Assembly (NCBI GenBank): GCA_052085365.1
Contig: JBQDFP010000010.1
Coordinates: forward strand, 4,884 to 68,883
Length of the DNA: 64,000 nucleotides
Origin: Canibacter sp.
Lineage (GTDB): Bacteria; Actinomycetota; Actinomycetes; Actinomycetales; Microbacteriaceae
Reading direction: 5' to 3'
The notes below the pieces were generated by a model. It had not been told where the DNA came from. It saw only the letters and a list, made by a program, of their open reading frames with translations, and did not search any database. Shown piece by piece: positions 55,430-64,000 of the stretch. Every line of letters starts with the position of its first letter. Within the stretch, counting starts at the first letter, position 1. A program made the translations under genes and the position numbers.

Positions 55430-56469
55430 TAGACCAACCCTCCGAACTGTGCGTTAAAACGGACATCGCCTTCGACCATGTCACGCATATCATTAATATC
55501 GTTTCTGAATTGCAGTGCTCGTTCGATTCCCATACCGAAGGCGAAACCTTGATACTCGTCTGGGTCAATGCCGCATGCTTTCAACACGTTCGGGTCAACC
55601 ATGCCGCACCCGCCCCATTCGATCCACCGCGGGCCACCCTTGGCACCGGGGAACCATACATCGAGTTCCGCACTCGGTTCTGTGAACGGGAAAAAGTTGG
55701 GTCGCAAGCGAACTTTGGCGTCATTACCGAACATTTGTTGCACAAAATGTTCGAGGGTGCCGCGCAGGTGTGCCATGGTGAGGCCACGATCGATTGCAAT
55801 GCCCTCAAATTGTTGAAATACGGGTGTGTGCGTCGCATCAAGTTCGTCAGTGCGGTAAACGCGTCCCGGCGCCACCACGTATATGGGAAGCTCACGGTTA
55901 AGGAGGGAGCGAATTTGCACCGGTGACGTGTGGGTGCGCATGATTAAGTGGTGCCCGGTTGGCTGCACGTAGAAGGTATCCGCTTCAGCGCGCGCAGGAT
56001 GATCCGGATCGAATCCCAGTGCGTCAAAGTTGAACCATTCGTGTTCAAGCTCCGGGCCTTCGGCAACTTCCCAGCCCATTGCCACGAAAATATCTGAGGC
56101 TTCTTCTTGGAGCTGGCTTAGCGGGTGACGCCCGCCGATGCGTGCGCGACGTGGCGCCTCGGTCACATCGACAGTTTCGGCAATGAGTTTCGCTTGAGCT
56201 TCAGCTTCTACAAGTTCAGCTTCTCTACCTTTGTAAGCCCCCTCGGCTCTGCCGCGCGCCTGGCCCATAAGTTTGCCGGTTTCGGCTTTTTCATCCTTCG
56301 GCACCTCGCGCATGAGGCCGTTGAGTTTAGCGATGGCTGAACCTTCAGCGAGATGCGCTGCACGCTCGGCTTTCAGTCCGGCAACGCTCGTTGCTTGTTC
56401 GAATGCGGTGATAGCTTGAACGACTGCTGCTTCAACCGCGTCTGGTTGGATTGGATTCACGTCTGACAC
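55429..56469 (-). CDS. pheS: Phenylalanine--tRNA ligase alpha subunit
   Basis: Class II motifs are present (HPLSQ, MRTHTSPVQIR, GRVYRTDELDATHTPVFQQFEG, GCGMVDPNVL). I chose GTG 56469 (VSDVNPIQ...). The upstream ORF extension would overlap the divergent gene. Confidence 0.93.
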   Translation of the reverse strand: MSDVNPIQPDAVEAAVVQAITAFEQATSVAGLKAERAAHLAEGSAIAKLNGLMREVPKDEKAETGKLMGQARGRAEGAYKGREAELVEAEAQAKLIAETVDVTEAPRRARIGGRHPLSQLQEEASDIFVAMGWEVAEGPELEHEWFNFDALGFDPDHPARAEADTFYVQPTGHHLIMRTHTSPVQIRSLLNRELPIYVVAPGRVYRTDELDATHTPVFQQFEGIAIDRGLTMAHLRGTLEHFVQQMFGNDAKVRLRPNFFPFTEPSAELDVWFPGAKGGPRWIEWGGCGMVDPNVLKACGIDPDEYQGFAFGMGIERALQFRNDINDMRDMVEGDVRFNAQFGGLV

Positions 56470-56552
56470 GGTTCCCCATCTTAGTAGATGCTTTCGAGAT
56501 TCTCTGTGTTCAGAAATGGGACGACTCGGCCCGAACACAGTGAGACTGCCGG

Positions 56553-56558
56553 TAGAAT
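56553..56558 (+). promoter_or_regulatory. Candidate -10 element for a leaderless transcript of the copper-cluster membrane protein
   Basis: TAGAAT lies 6 nt upstream of the ATG at 56565, with no Shine-Dalgarno sequence. Confidence 0.3.
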
Positions 56559-56564
56559 AGAGAC

Positions 56565-57185
56565 ATGACGCGTCAGCAGCAGGTGACACGAGGCACACGC
56601 ACCGTGCGTGGACTCATTGTCGCCGCAGTTGCAACATTTGTTGCAGCGCTCTCTCACATTGCTGCGGGTGGAAATACGCCTTCGCTAACGGCAATGTTTT
56701 TGTGTCTTGGGATCGCGCTCCCGTTCGTGGTGTTCTTATCCGGCAAGAAGTCCCCTGTTGGTGTTGCACTCAGTGTCGCCGGGACACAGACACTTTTTCA
56801 CTGGCTGTTTGTCTGGATTGCTCCAGCAGCGGCTCAGCTCACACAAATGAGGTGGACCTCTCACGCAGAGCACCTTGCCGCCATGTCACGTTCTTGGTCT
56901 CCAACACTGGCACCTACTACCGCAAGTGGTGCCCAGGCGCTGATGTTTTTTGCCCACGCGATTGCCGGCGTGCTCACATACGCACTACTACGTTACGCAG
57001 ATGCGGCATTCACCACGATCCAGAAGGCGTGGCTACGACTTCGTCTGCGAGTTACTCGGGCGTTCACTCTCCCTGAGCCCATCAGCCCAGTACGGGTACC
57101 CGTAGAACGGGTTTTCATATCGCTCAAGTTTTTCTCACTGCACCCGTCACGCTCGCTGAGAGGCCCTCCAGCGTTGTTGATGTGA
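56565..57185 (+). CDS. Hypothetical His-containing membrane protein (first gene of copper cluster)
   Basis: 206 aa with about 4 hydrophobic helices, several carrying His (ALSHIAAG, LFHWLFVW, FFAHAIAG). I do not recognise the family. Confidence 0.55.
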   Translation: MTRQQQVTRGTRTVRGLIVAAVATFVAALSHIAAGGNTPSLTAMFLCLGIALPFVVFLSGKKSPVGVALSVAGTQTLFHWLFVWIAPAAAQLTQMRWTSHAEHLAAMSRSWSPTLAPTTASGAQALMFFAHAIAGVLTYALLRYADAAFTTIQKAWLRLRLRVTRAFTLPEPISPVRVPVERVFISLKFFSLHPSRSLRGPPALLM

Positions 57186-57243
57186 TCCGCTTTCTTGTGG
57201 CGGATCTTCAAATCCACACGCACGTTCTTACTCATTCACAGCA

Positions 57244-57957
57244 GTGAGTAAAAGAGGACCAAGAAAGAAACTTGTGAGTACCACGATTCAACGACCAACT
57301 TCATATTCATTTACAACTCTCGCGGCAGCAATTATTGCCGCTATTGCGCTTGCGCTTACGGGCTTCCTCATAGCCCCATCAGCGGCTCACGCGCACGACA
57401 CGCTCATCGGAACTGAGCCGGGCGACCAGAAAGTCCTCGACGAAGCACCGGGTGAGGTACAGCTACAGTTCAACAACGCAGTGCTTGACGTCGGCGCTCT
57501 GATTGAAGTGCGGGATGCTTCAGACAATCTCGTTTCTGAAGGGAACCCCGACCTCAACAACACTGTAGTGTCACAACCTCTCCAAGCAGATCTCCCAGAC
57601 GGTGCATACCGCGTAGTTTGGCGTGTCGTATCAAGTGACGGGCACCCCATTAGCGGCAGCTTCGCCTTTGCTGTAGGGACAGACGGTGAAGCAGCACTAG
57701 CTGCTCTCCCCGATGCTGATTCATCTGAAGACAGTGACCATGATCACGGTGACGAAGAGGGCGAGCATTCTCATGATCATGATGAGGTATCGAACGATAG
57801 TGACCAAGCTGATCACGACAACGCTGAAGCAAGTGATAACACGCAGAAGGTTGTGTGGGGTTCGGTTATCGCACTCGTTGGTGTGGGCGTCATTATTGCG
57901 GTCATGATCTGGTTTACCCGTGGCAGTAGAAAGTCAACGAAAACCAATAAGGACTAG
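57244..57957 (+). CDS. copC: CopC-domain copper-binding protein with C-terminal TM anchor
   Basis: The signal peptide ends AHA|HDTLIGTEP, so the mature protein starts with His. CopC core VVWRVVSSDGHPISGSFAF. There is a His/Asp/Glu-rich linker (DSDHDHGDEEGEHSHDHDE) followed by one TM. Confidence 0.85.
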   Translation: MSKRGPRKKLVSTTIQRPTSYSFTTLAAAIIAAIALALTGFLIAPSAAHAHDTLIGTEPGDQKVLDEAPGEVQLQFNNAVLDVGALIEVRDASDNLVSEGNPDLNNTVVSQPLQADLPDGAYRVVWRVVSSDGHPISGSFAFAVGTDGEAALAALPDADSSEDSDHDHGDEEGEHSHDHDEVSNDSDQADHDNAEASDNTQKVVWGSVIALVGVGVIIAVMIWFTRGSRKSTKTNKD

Positions 57958-58089
57958 GCGAACCGCCGCACATTTTCTATTTTTCTCGTATGCCGTAACT
58001 CACCGGTGCTCGAGCAGTGTTCACGACCCAAAATATTGATGCACTGAATTCTCGGTATCTCGCGGCACTACAACTTGTAAGGACACACT

Positions 58090-58701
58090 TTGTCACAACA
58101 CACTTTTTCGAACCCAATTTCTCGTACATTTCACACTGGGCGACGCACAAAAGGCGTAACCGCGATAGCGGTAGTCGCACTCAGTGCTTGGCTGTTTACC
58201 GGCTGCAGTAACAGCGTAGGAAACAACACAACAGAGCAAACACAAACTGAGCACCTAACCGAAGAAAACCACGGCAATTTTATGCTCTTGGATGGGTGGG
58301 CGAAAGCCGCAAAACAGGGCGACATGACCTCGGTATTCGGGACGCTCGATAACGGCACCGATACTGACATGCATATCACTGGTGTACGTTCAACTCTTTC
58401 GAGCGAGGTCGAACTCCATGAAACATATCTGGAAGATGGAGCCACAAAAATGCGTGAAGTCAAAGGTGGGTTTGTTATTCCTGCGCATGACACGCTTGAG
58501 CTCGAACCAGGCGGCAATCATTTCATGCTCATGAATTTGCACGAAGACCTGCTCGCGGGTGACCAGCTCGCTCTTGAAGTTGAACTTGCGGATGGAACCG
58601 TGGAACAGTTCTCTGCTGAGATTCGAGACTTTGCTGGCGCGAGCGAAGACTACGGCAATGGTCACGAGGGCAATGATGAGCATGCCAGCCACGGAGAGTA
58701 G
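58090..58701 (+). CDS. PCu(A)C-type copper chaperone lipoprotein (DUF461)
   Basis: Lipobox LFTGCS. The conserved H...M and HFMLM(N) copper-binding contexts are present (MHITGV ... GGNHFMLMNL). The C-terminal tail is His-rich. TTG start with AAGGA 7 nt upstream. Confidence 0.8.
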   Translation: MSQHTFSNPISRTFHTGRRTKGVTAIAVVALSAWLFTGCSNSVGNNTTEQTQTEHLTEENHGNFMLLDGWAKAAKQGDMTSVFGTLDNGTDTDMHITGVRSTLSSEVELHETYLEDGATKMREVKGGFVIPAHDTLELEPGGNHFMLMNLHEDLLAGDQLALEVELADGTVEQFSAEIRDFAGASEDYGNGHEGNDEHASHGE

Positions 58702-58711
58702 GTGAGGGCGC

Positions 58712-59932
58712 GTGTCACACTCCGGTACACCAGATCACACTCCGTCAAGCCTGTCTCGGCGTGCGCTGCTCGGCACGGCCCTCGCTGGTGCCAGCCTTGC
58801 AGGCACCGCAATTGGGGCTACTGCGGCGACTGCATTGACCCGGGCAGAGCCTGCCGTACCCACCGAGCACGGCACGGAAACTATTCCCTGTCACGGCACC
58901 CATCAAGCTGGGATCGCAACCGCAGTGACGCCCTACGGGCGATATCTCGCATTTACATTACGAGACGGAGTAGACCGCGATGCGATCCGCCGCATGCTTC
59001 GCGTAGTAACTCAAGATATTGAAGCACTGACTCGAGGGGTCTCCCCCATTGCAGACACCGAACCTGAGCTCGCACATGTTCCCGCAAGGTTAACTGTCAC
59101 AGTAGGATTCGGTCGCGAATTAGTTCAGCGGGTTGCCCCGATGGCAATTCCCGAATGGTTACAACCAGTTCGAGCGTTTCCCAGAGATCAGCTTGATGCG
59201 GGATTCAGCGGCGGTGACCTGTTGCTCGCGATCGCAGCAGATGATCAGGTCACGATTGCTCATGCGTCACGAATGCTAGCAAAAACGATGCGAGGCTTCG
59301 CGCAGCTCGCGTGGCGACAAGATGGCTTTCGCCGGGCACGAGCCAGTGCCCCTGATGGGCAAACGATGCGAAACCTGATGGGGCAGGTCGATGGGACAAC
59401 AAATCCCAGTCCGAAGGACCCCGACTTTCCTGACTTGGTTTGGCTCGGACAGGATGCTGGTTGGATGGAACACGGAACGGTTCAAGTGTTTCGCCGTATC
59501 CGCATGGAGATGGACTCATGGGATCAGGTTGATCGTGTCGCGCGAGAAGGCGCCATTGGTCGCGATCTTGCAGTGGGCGCACCGCTCACAGGTCGACTCG
59601 AACATGAAGAGCCGGACTGGTCCGCAACTGACGGCCTCGGTTTTCCTATCATTGCGGACTATGCACACATTCGGCGCGCAAAAAGCGAAGATCCGAATGA
59701 GCGCATCTATCGACGAGTCATGAATTATGACGAGGATGATGAGCAGGGACTTTTGTTCATTTGTTATCAAAAGGACCCACGGACCCAGTTCGAACCGATT
59801 CAGGCGCGCCTCGACACACTCGACCTGATGAATCAGTGGATCACACATATAGGGTCCGCTGTATTCGCGATCTCTCCGGGTTGGGAACCCGGAGAGATGG
59901 TAGGTGGATCACTCTTTCAAGTTGGCGTCTAG
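58712..59932 (+). CDS. Tat-exported Dyp-type peroxidase (EfeB/DtpA-like)
   Basis: Twin-arginine signal SRRALLGTALAGASLAG. DyP motif GQVDGTTNP, plus IRRA and the distal Arg context. Confidence 0.88.
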   Translation: MSHSGTPDHTPSSLSRRALLGTALAGASLAGTAIGATAATALTRAEPAVPTEHGTETIPCHGTHQAGIATAVTPYGRYLAFTLRDGVDRDAIRRMLRVVTQDIEALTRGVSPIADTEPELAHVPARLTVTVGFGRELVQRVAPMAIPEWLQPVRAFPRDQLDAGFSGGDLLLAIAADDQVTIAHASRMLAKTMRGFAQLAWRQDGFRRARASAPDGQTMRNLMGQVDGTTNPSPKDPDFPDLVWLGQDAGWMEHGTVQVFRRIRMEMDSWDQVDRVAREGAIGRDLAVGAPLTGRLEHEEPDWSATDGLGFPIIADYAHIRRAKSEDPNERIYRRVMNYDEDDEQGLLFICYQKDPRTQFEPIQARLDTLDLMNQWITHIGSAVFAISPGWEPGEMVGGSLFQVGV

Positions 59933-59958
59933 AGCAGTGGTGTGCCTGGCACGGCAGC

Positions 59959-60750
59959 TTAAGCGCGTTGCGCGAACGCAGTCGTGTACAGGCACACTGT
60001 TGCAGCGGTCGCGAGGTTCAGGGATTCCGCGTGTCCAAATATGGGGAGCCGCTTGCGCTGCTGGCACAGCTGCATATCGGACGGAGAAAGTCCGTGCGCT
60101 TCATTCCCAAACACCCATGCAATCCGTCGGCGCAGCAGACTGTCGGTAACGTCAATATCTTCGCCTGACAGGTCGGTTGCAACCGATACGATGTTGCAAC
60201 GGTGAAGAAAATCGAGCGCGTCCGAAAGTGAGTGATGTCGAACGACAGGGACATGAAACAGTGACCCAGTGCTGGCACGCACCACCTTCGGGTGCCACGG
60301 GTCGACGCTATCGCCAGTCAAGATCACTAAATCGGCTCCTGCAGCATCAGCTCCACGAATGACGGTGCCTGCATTGCCCGGGTCACGCACTTCATGCAGC
60401 ACAGCTACGAGTTTGAGGTCATGTTGAACACTCTCGAGTGTGGTCTCAGCAAGTTTGACAACAGCAACTATGCCCTGCGGAGTGACAGTGTCTGCTATGG
60501 CAGTGAGCACCTCGTCAGTGACCAGTTCAATGATAACTCCGAATGTGTCTGCGAGCCGGTCCAGTTCAGGCGAGCGTGTGAGCCCCTGCTGCGTCGCAAA
60601 CACAACCTCGACGTCATTCGCCGCGTGTTTCATAGCTTCTGCGACCGCATGAGGTCCCTCGACTAAGAAACGCCCTTGAGCGAATCGATCCTTTTTACGA
60701 TGAAGCTGCGCTGCGCGTCTTACACGGCCGGTGGCGGGATTTTCAATCAC
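59959..60750 (-). CDS. TrmH/SpoU-family RNA 2'-O-methyltransferase
   Basis: N-terminal substrate-binding domain (RFLVEGPHAV). SPOUT motifs DPGNAGTVIRGADAAG, VFGNEAHGL and LNLATAATVCLY. Confidence 0.88.
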   Translation of the reverse strand: MIENPATGRVRRAAQLHRKKDRFAQGRFLVEGPHAVAEAMKHAANDVEVVFATQQGLTRSPELDRLADTFGVIIELVTDEVLTAIADTVTPQGIVAVVKLAETTLESVQHDLKLVAVLHEVRDPGNAGTVIRGADAAGADLVILTGDSVDPWHPKVVRASTGSLFHVPVVRHHSLSDALDFLHRCNIVSVATDLSGEDIDVTDSLLRRRIAWVFGNEAHGLSPSDMQLCQQRKRLPIFGHAESLNLATAATVCLYTTAFAQRA

Positions 60751-60795
60751 GCTTCTACCCTACTCATGGAAGGAATCATAGATACCAACAGAACA

Positions 60796-60826
60796 GACCC
60801 GCACACCGAAATTCGATGTGCGGGTC
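60796..60826 (-). terminator. Stem-loop after rplT
   Basis: GACCCGCACA (60796-60805) pairs with TGTGCGGGTC (60817-60826). It lies 22 nt downstream of the rplT stop on the minus strand, followed by the U-rich UGUUCUGUU. Confidence 0.55.
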
Positions 60827-60847
60827 AGAAAAAAGTAACGCTATAGA

Positions 60848-61231
60848 TTACGCAGCTTTTGGAGCCGAGGTGTCTTCAGGAAGTGCGCCCTTAGCAACTT
60901 CAACCAACGCAGTGAATGCAGCTGCGTCGTGAGTCGCGAGTTCTGAGAGCATGCGACGGTCAACCTCAACACCCGCAAGGCTCAGACCCTGGATGAAACG
61001 GTTGTAGGTCAGGCCGTTTGCACGTGCACCAGCGTTGATGCGCTGAATCCAGAGGCGACGGAAGTTGCCCTTGTTTTTACGGCGATCATTGAAGCTGTAT
61101 ACATACGAGTGCAGCAGCTGTTCATTTGCTTTGCGACGCAGGCGTGAACGCTGTCCGCGGTATCCTTTTGCGCGCTCAAGTGTAACGCGACGCTTCTTGT
61201 GGGCGTGAACGGCCCGTTTGACTCTAGCCAT
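60848..61231 (-). CDS. rplT: 50S ribosomal protein L20
   Basis: [31 protein letters not shown]... Confidence 0.97.
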   Translation of the reverse strand: MARVKRAVHAHKKRRVTLERAKGYRGQRSRLRRKANEQLLHSYVYSFNDRRKNKGNFRRLWIQRINAGARANGLTYNRFIQGLSLAGVEVDRRMLSELATHDAAAFTALVEVAKGALPEDTSAPKAA

Positions 61232-61269
61232 GTGATTACTTCCTTACGTTTTACGACAATCGGGCGCGA

Positions 61270-61464
61270 TTAACGACCGAGCAGCTTCCGTGCCTGCTTG
61301 ACATCTCCAGCTGACAGCACCTGGTCAGCGTTCAAGCGGCGCTTACGCTTCGAAGCTTTCACCTCGAGGTTGTGGCGCATACCCGCCTGCTGCTTCATGA
61401 GTTTGCCGCTACCGGTTACTTTGAAGCGCTTTTTCGCCCCTGAGTGGGTCTTCTGCTTAGGCAT
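61270..61464 (-). CDS. rpmI: 50S ribosomal protein L35
   Basis: [34 protein letters not shown]... Confidence 0.97.
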   Translation of the reverse strand: MPKQKTHSGAKKRFKVTGSGKLMKQQAGMRHNLEVKASKRKRRLNADQVLSAGDVKQARKLLGR

Positions 61465-61518
61465 GATTCTCCTTGTTATGTGTGTGCCGCTGACGCGGCC
61501 ACGTTCTGTAGGCCGATG

Positions 61519-62133
61519 TTATTCGGCGGGATTTGCTGATCCGCCGCTGCGTTCCTGACGTGAAGCTTTGCGTGAGGCTTTTTCTTCGGCACGGCGCGCA
61601 TTTTGTTCAGCTTTCGCTTCAGACTTATTACGTACCGGGGCAACCACCATGACCATGTTGCGTCCGTCAATGCGCGGTGCCGACTCGACTGAGCCGAACT
61701 CTGCAATGTCATCTGCAAACTGCTGGAGCAGGCGAACACCCATTTCGGGGCGTGATTGCTCACGGCCACGGAAGAGGATCATTGCCTTCACCTTGTCGCC
61801 TTGCGACAAGAACCCGACGGCACGTTTCATCTTTGTTTCATAATCGTGCGTGTCGATCTTCAAACGAAACCGAACTTCTTTAAGCACGGTATTTGCTTGA
61901 TTACGACGAGCCTCTTTTGCCTTTTGTGCAGCCTCATACTTGAATTTGCCGTAATCCATGATTTTTGCCACGGGCGGCTTCGAGTTCGGCGCAACCTCGA
62001 CGAGATCGAGATCGGCATCTCGGGCGAGGCGCAGTGCAGTATCGACGGGGACGACCCCGACTTGTTCGCCACTGGGACCTACCAGTCGCACCTCGGGGAC
62101 GCGGATTCGTTCATTCGTTCGCGGTTCGCTGAT
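61519..62133 (-). CDS. infC: Translation initiation factor IF-3 (non-canonical ATC start)
   Basis: [28 protein letters not shown]..., followed by the IF3 C-domain and a basic tail. AAGGAG (62139-62144) lies 5 nt upstream of the ATC at 62133. The upstream part of the ORF (to 62199) has no Shine-Dalgarno sequence. Confidence 0.9.
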   Translation of the reverse strand: MSEPRTNERIRVPEVRLVGPSGEQVGVVPVDTALRLARDADLDLVEVAPNSKPPVAKIMDYGKFKYEAAQKAKEARRNQANTVLKEVRFRLKIDTHDYETKMKRAVGFLSQGDKVKAMILFRGREQSRPEMGVRLLQQFADDIAEFGSVESAPRIDGRNMVMVVAPVRNKSEAKAEQNARRAEEKASRKASRQERSGGSANPAE

Positions 62134-62480
62134 CGCTTGCTCCTTCGTATTACTGCGGCGGCTGTGCAGTTCTCTCATCGAAAATGCACTACGAAGCAAA
62201 CATCAAAACACGCGCAACACGCGGTTTCGCACCCTCAAGCTATCGTGAAGTTCACGACGGAGTGCCAACTACCTGGAGTCCTTGTGATGGACTCAGGTGG
62301 GAGGTTGTCCACTTACGTTCCCGGCAGAATACCGGGAGCCAGCAACCATCATAACATCTTCTCGAAGATCCCCCAACTGCGACCACAGGGTTTTCTAGGC
62401 ACCAACCCAACGACCGATGCGCACTATAGTCACTCTTCACGTTTGGAATGTTTCACGCAAATCTGTGGTTCTATAGAGGC

Positions 62481-62870
62481 ATGAGTGATTCTGAACTTCC
62501 CGAGACCGAACTAACCGACGACCTCCGCAGCCAGTATGAGGAGGAAGTCGACGCGGCCACCCGAGATATCGCTGATGTGGCAGCAATTGAGGTCATTACC
62601 ACTGCAGCAGTACACCTCTTAAGTGCTGCAGCCGTCAAGTGTGGTCTTGCCGATGACCCCGAGAATCAAACTGACCTCGATGAAGCTCGCAAACTTATAA
62701 ATGCGCTCGCAGGACTCATCACTGCTGGCGCACCTGAAATATCAGATATGCATGCACGCAGCCTTCGTGACGGGCTCCGAAGTGTACAGCTCGCATTCCG
62801 CGAAGCCTCCAACATTAAAGATGCTCCCGGCGCAGGCCCCGGCGAAAAGTGGACCGGCTCAGTCATCTAA
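62481..62870 (+). CDS. DUF1844 domain-containing protein
   Basis: IEVITTAAVHLLSAAAVKCGL...DLDEARKLINALAGLI is typical of DUF1844. ATG at 62481. Confidence 0.8.
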   Translation: MSDSELPETELTDDLRSQYEEEVDAATRDIADVAAIEVITTAAVHLLSAAAVKCGLADDPENQTDLDEARKLINALAGLITAGAPEISDMHARSLRDGLRSVQLAFREASNIKDAPGAGPGEKWTGSVI

Positions 62871-62938
62871 TACCTTCCCACTTTTCCGAAGGACCGCAGC
62901 ATTTCAACACCGTTGGTCGCTGCTGACAGAATGGGACC

Positions 62939-63727
62939 ATGTCAAATACTTCTGCTGCGGCGTCCCGATCGAGCCGCAACACTGACATTATTGCGGGGCT
63001 GAAGGACTCTTTGTCAGTCGGTCTCGGTGTCTTTCCGCTGGGAATCGCACTAGGCATGCTCGTCATGCAGGCAGAGCTTCCCTGGTGGCTGGCGCCAGCA
63101 CTTTCGATTGGAGTGTATGCAGGTTCCGTCGAGCTCCTGTTAGTGTCACTCATAGCGTCAGTTACCCCGCTCATTACAATTGCGGTGACTGTATTTGCGG
63201 TCAACTTTCGGCACGTGTTTTATTCGTTTTCGTTCCCACTCCATCGAGTCAAGCCTGGCCTACCAAAGGTTTATTCGGTGTATTCAATGACCGACGAGGC
63301 CTTTGCAACATATGCCGGTCGCCTCAGCGCCAATATCACGAGCGCCCGAATCGTCACCATGCAATTTGCCGCGCAAAGTTACTGGGTGTTGGGCTCCCTC
63401 GTTGGAATTCTTATCTCTGGTGCACTGCCTGCACCCATCGAAGGTTTCGAGTTCGCACTCTGTGCCTTGTTCACTGTCATGACCCTCGATGCGTTTCGGT
63501 CTCGACGTCAAGTTCCGAGCCTGTTGCTTGCGGTGCTTTCCGTGAGCGTCGCAATGCTTGTTGTGCCGCAAGCGACGATGCTGGCAGCGCTGTTACTGTT
63601 TGTCACGCTTCTCACCCTGAGGTTCTTCATTATTGGCGATCACGACTCAGAACCGGTTGAAACGGTCACAGGACCAATTTCGCTAACTGATGCGTCACGC
63701 GATGACGATGGGGAGGTGAAATCATGA
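62939..63727 (+). CDS. azlC: AzlC-family branched-chain amino acid exporter subunit
   Basis: Polytopic 262-aa ORF. The AzlC-like N-terminus is GLKDSLSVGLGVFPLGIALGML. It is followed by an azlD-like ORF with an ATGA overlap. Confidence 0.85.
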   Translation: MSNTSAAASRSSRNTDIIAGLKDSLSVGLGVFPLGIALGMLVMQAELPWWLAPALSIGVYAGSVELLLVSLIASVTPLITIAVTVFAVNFRHVFYSFSFPLHRVKPGLPKVYSVYSMTDEAFATYAGRLSANITSARIVTMQFAAQSYWVLGSLVGILISGALPAPIEGFEFALCALFTVMTLDAFRSRRQVPSLLLAVLSVSVAMLVVPQATMLAALLLFVTLLTLRFFIIGDHDSEPVETVTGPISLTDASRDDDGEVKS

Positions 63728-64000
63728 CACCGACCGTCGGATACATGATTACGGCAGTTGTCGTCTCCGGCATCATTACGGTGCTGCTACGTGCACTCCC
63801 TTTCGCAGCGCTGGTCAAGATTCGACGTTCTCGGTTCGTGCAGGCAATGGGAAAGTGGATGCCCATCGGAATTCTGCTGATTCTGGTTGCGGTCACAGTT
63901 CGAGACTTAATTCTGGTGGGTCCACATAATTGGTGGATCGCTGCAGTATCGATTGTCGTCACCATTGGCGTCCATCTCATAACGAAGCGACAGACAGTGT
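63724..64000 (+). CDS. azlD: AzlD-family small membrane protein (3' end cut by window edge)
   Basis: MTPTVGYMITAVVVSGIITVLLRALPFAAL... is a hydrophobic small ORF translationally coupled to azlC. Confidence 0.8.
   Translation, partial: MTPTVGYMITAVVVSGIITVLLRALPFAALVKIRRSRFVQAMGKWMPIGILLILVAVTVRDLILVGPHNWWIAAVSIVVTIGVHLITKRQTV

Noticed and set aside
62252-62440. 62-aa minus-strand ORF in the infC upstream region
   Set aside because: There is no ribosome-binding site, and the peptide is Cys/Trp/Arg-rich and implausible. The region is better explained as leader or promoter DNA.
61756-62484. 242-aa plus-strand ORF antisense to infC and its leader
   Set aside because: There are no motifs, it overlaps a highly conserved gene, and its composition is not protein-like.
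1-64000. CRISPR arrays, rRNA genes, IS elements, toxin-antitoxin pairs, restriction-modification or other defence islands
   Set aside because: No spaced direct-repeat array was seen. I recognised no transposase, integrase, Cas or methylase-endonuclease motifs in any listed ORF. All large ORFs are accounted for by housekeeping families.

Overview
This is a densely packed, almost entirely housekeeping chromosomal segment from an Actinomycetota genome. By eye it has moderate GC, and from memory the gene content and order resemble Micrococcales/Microbacteriaceae and two Mycobacterium tuberculosis blocks (about Rv3193c-Rv3211 and Rv1211-Rv1233c). I call about 50 protein genes plus one initiator tRNA.

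Gene content, in order:
- DNA repair and nucleotide metabolism: dnaE2 (5'-truncated), pncB, a short UvrD2-like helicase, nudC, and the two-subunit helicase-nuclease adnA/adnB.
- Cell envelope: an ABC exporter pair, a wall-glycopolymer (teichoic-acid-like) locus with three TagF-type modules and a GT2, an atypical HtrA protease, and tatB.
- A conserved block of unknown function: UPF0182 membrane protein, PDZ/Lon-like S16 protease, DUF2342, and an E1-like protein, with a glutathione peroxidase inserted.
- Central metabolism and translation: DEAD-box helicase, pepP, mrp, gltA, fdxA, a GH65 phosphorylase with beta-phosphoglucomutase, argCJB, pheST, and infC-rpmI-rplT.
- Other: a soluble MgtE-N/CBS protein followed by DUF1003, a copper-handling cluster (CopC, PCuAC, DyP), and azlCD.

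I found no mobile element, CRISPR array, rRNA or obvious defence island.

The most unusual items are:
- an orphan TOMM-type E1-like / leader-peptide-binding-like protein with no YcaO partner, next to a DUF2342 protein lacking HExxH, with an 18-codon Cys-rich ORF immediately upstream (weak evidence);
- an APH-fold protein with a degenerate catalytic loop, sitting between DNA-repair genes;
- a split MgtE-sensor/DUF1003 pair;
- a GH65 phosphorylase whose stop overlaps the ferredoxin start (GTGA);
- a copper cluster lacking Sco and CopD.

All family assignments rest on motif recognition by eye. No database search was run.
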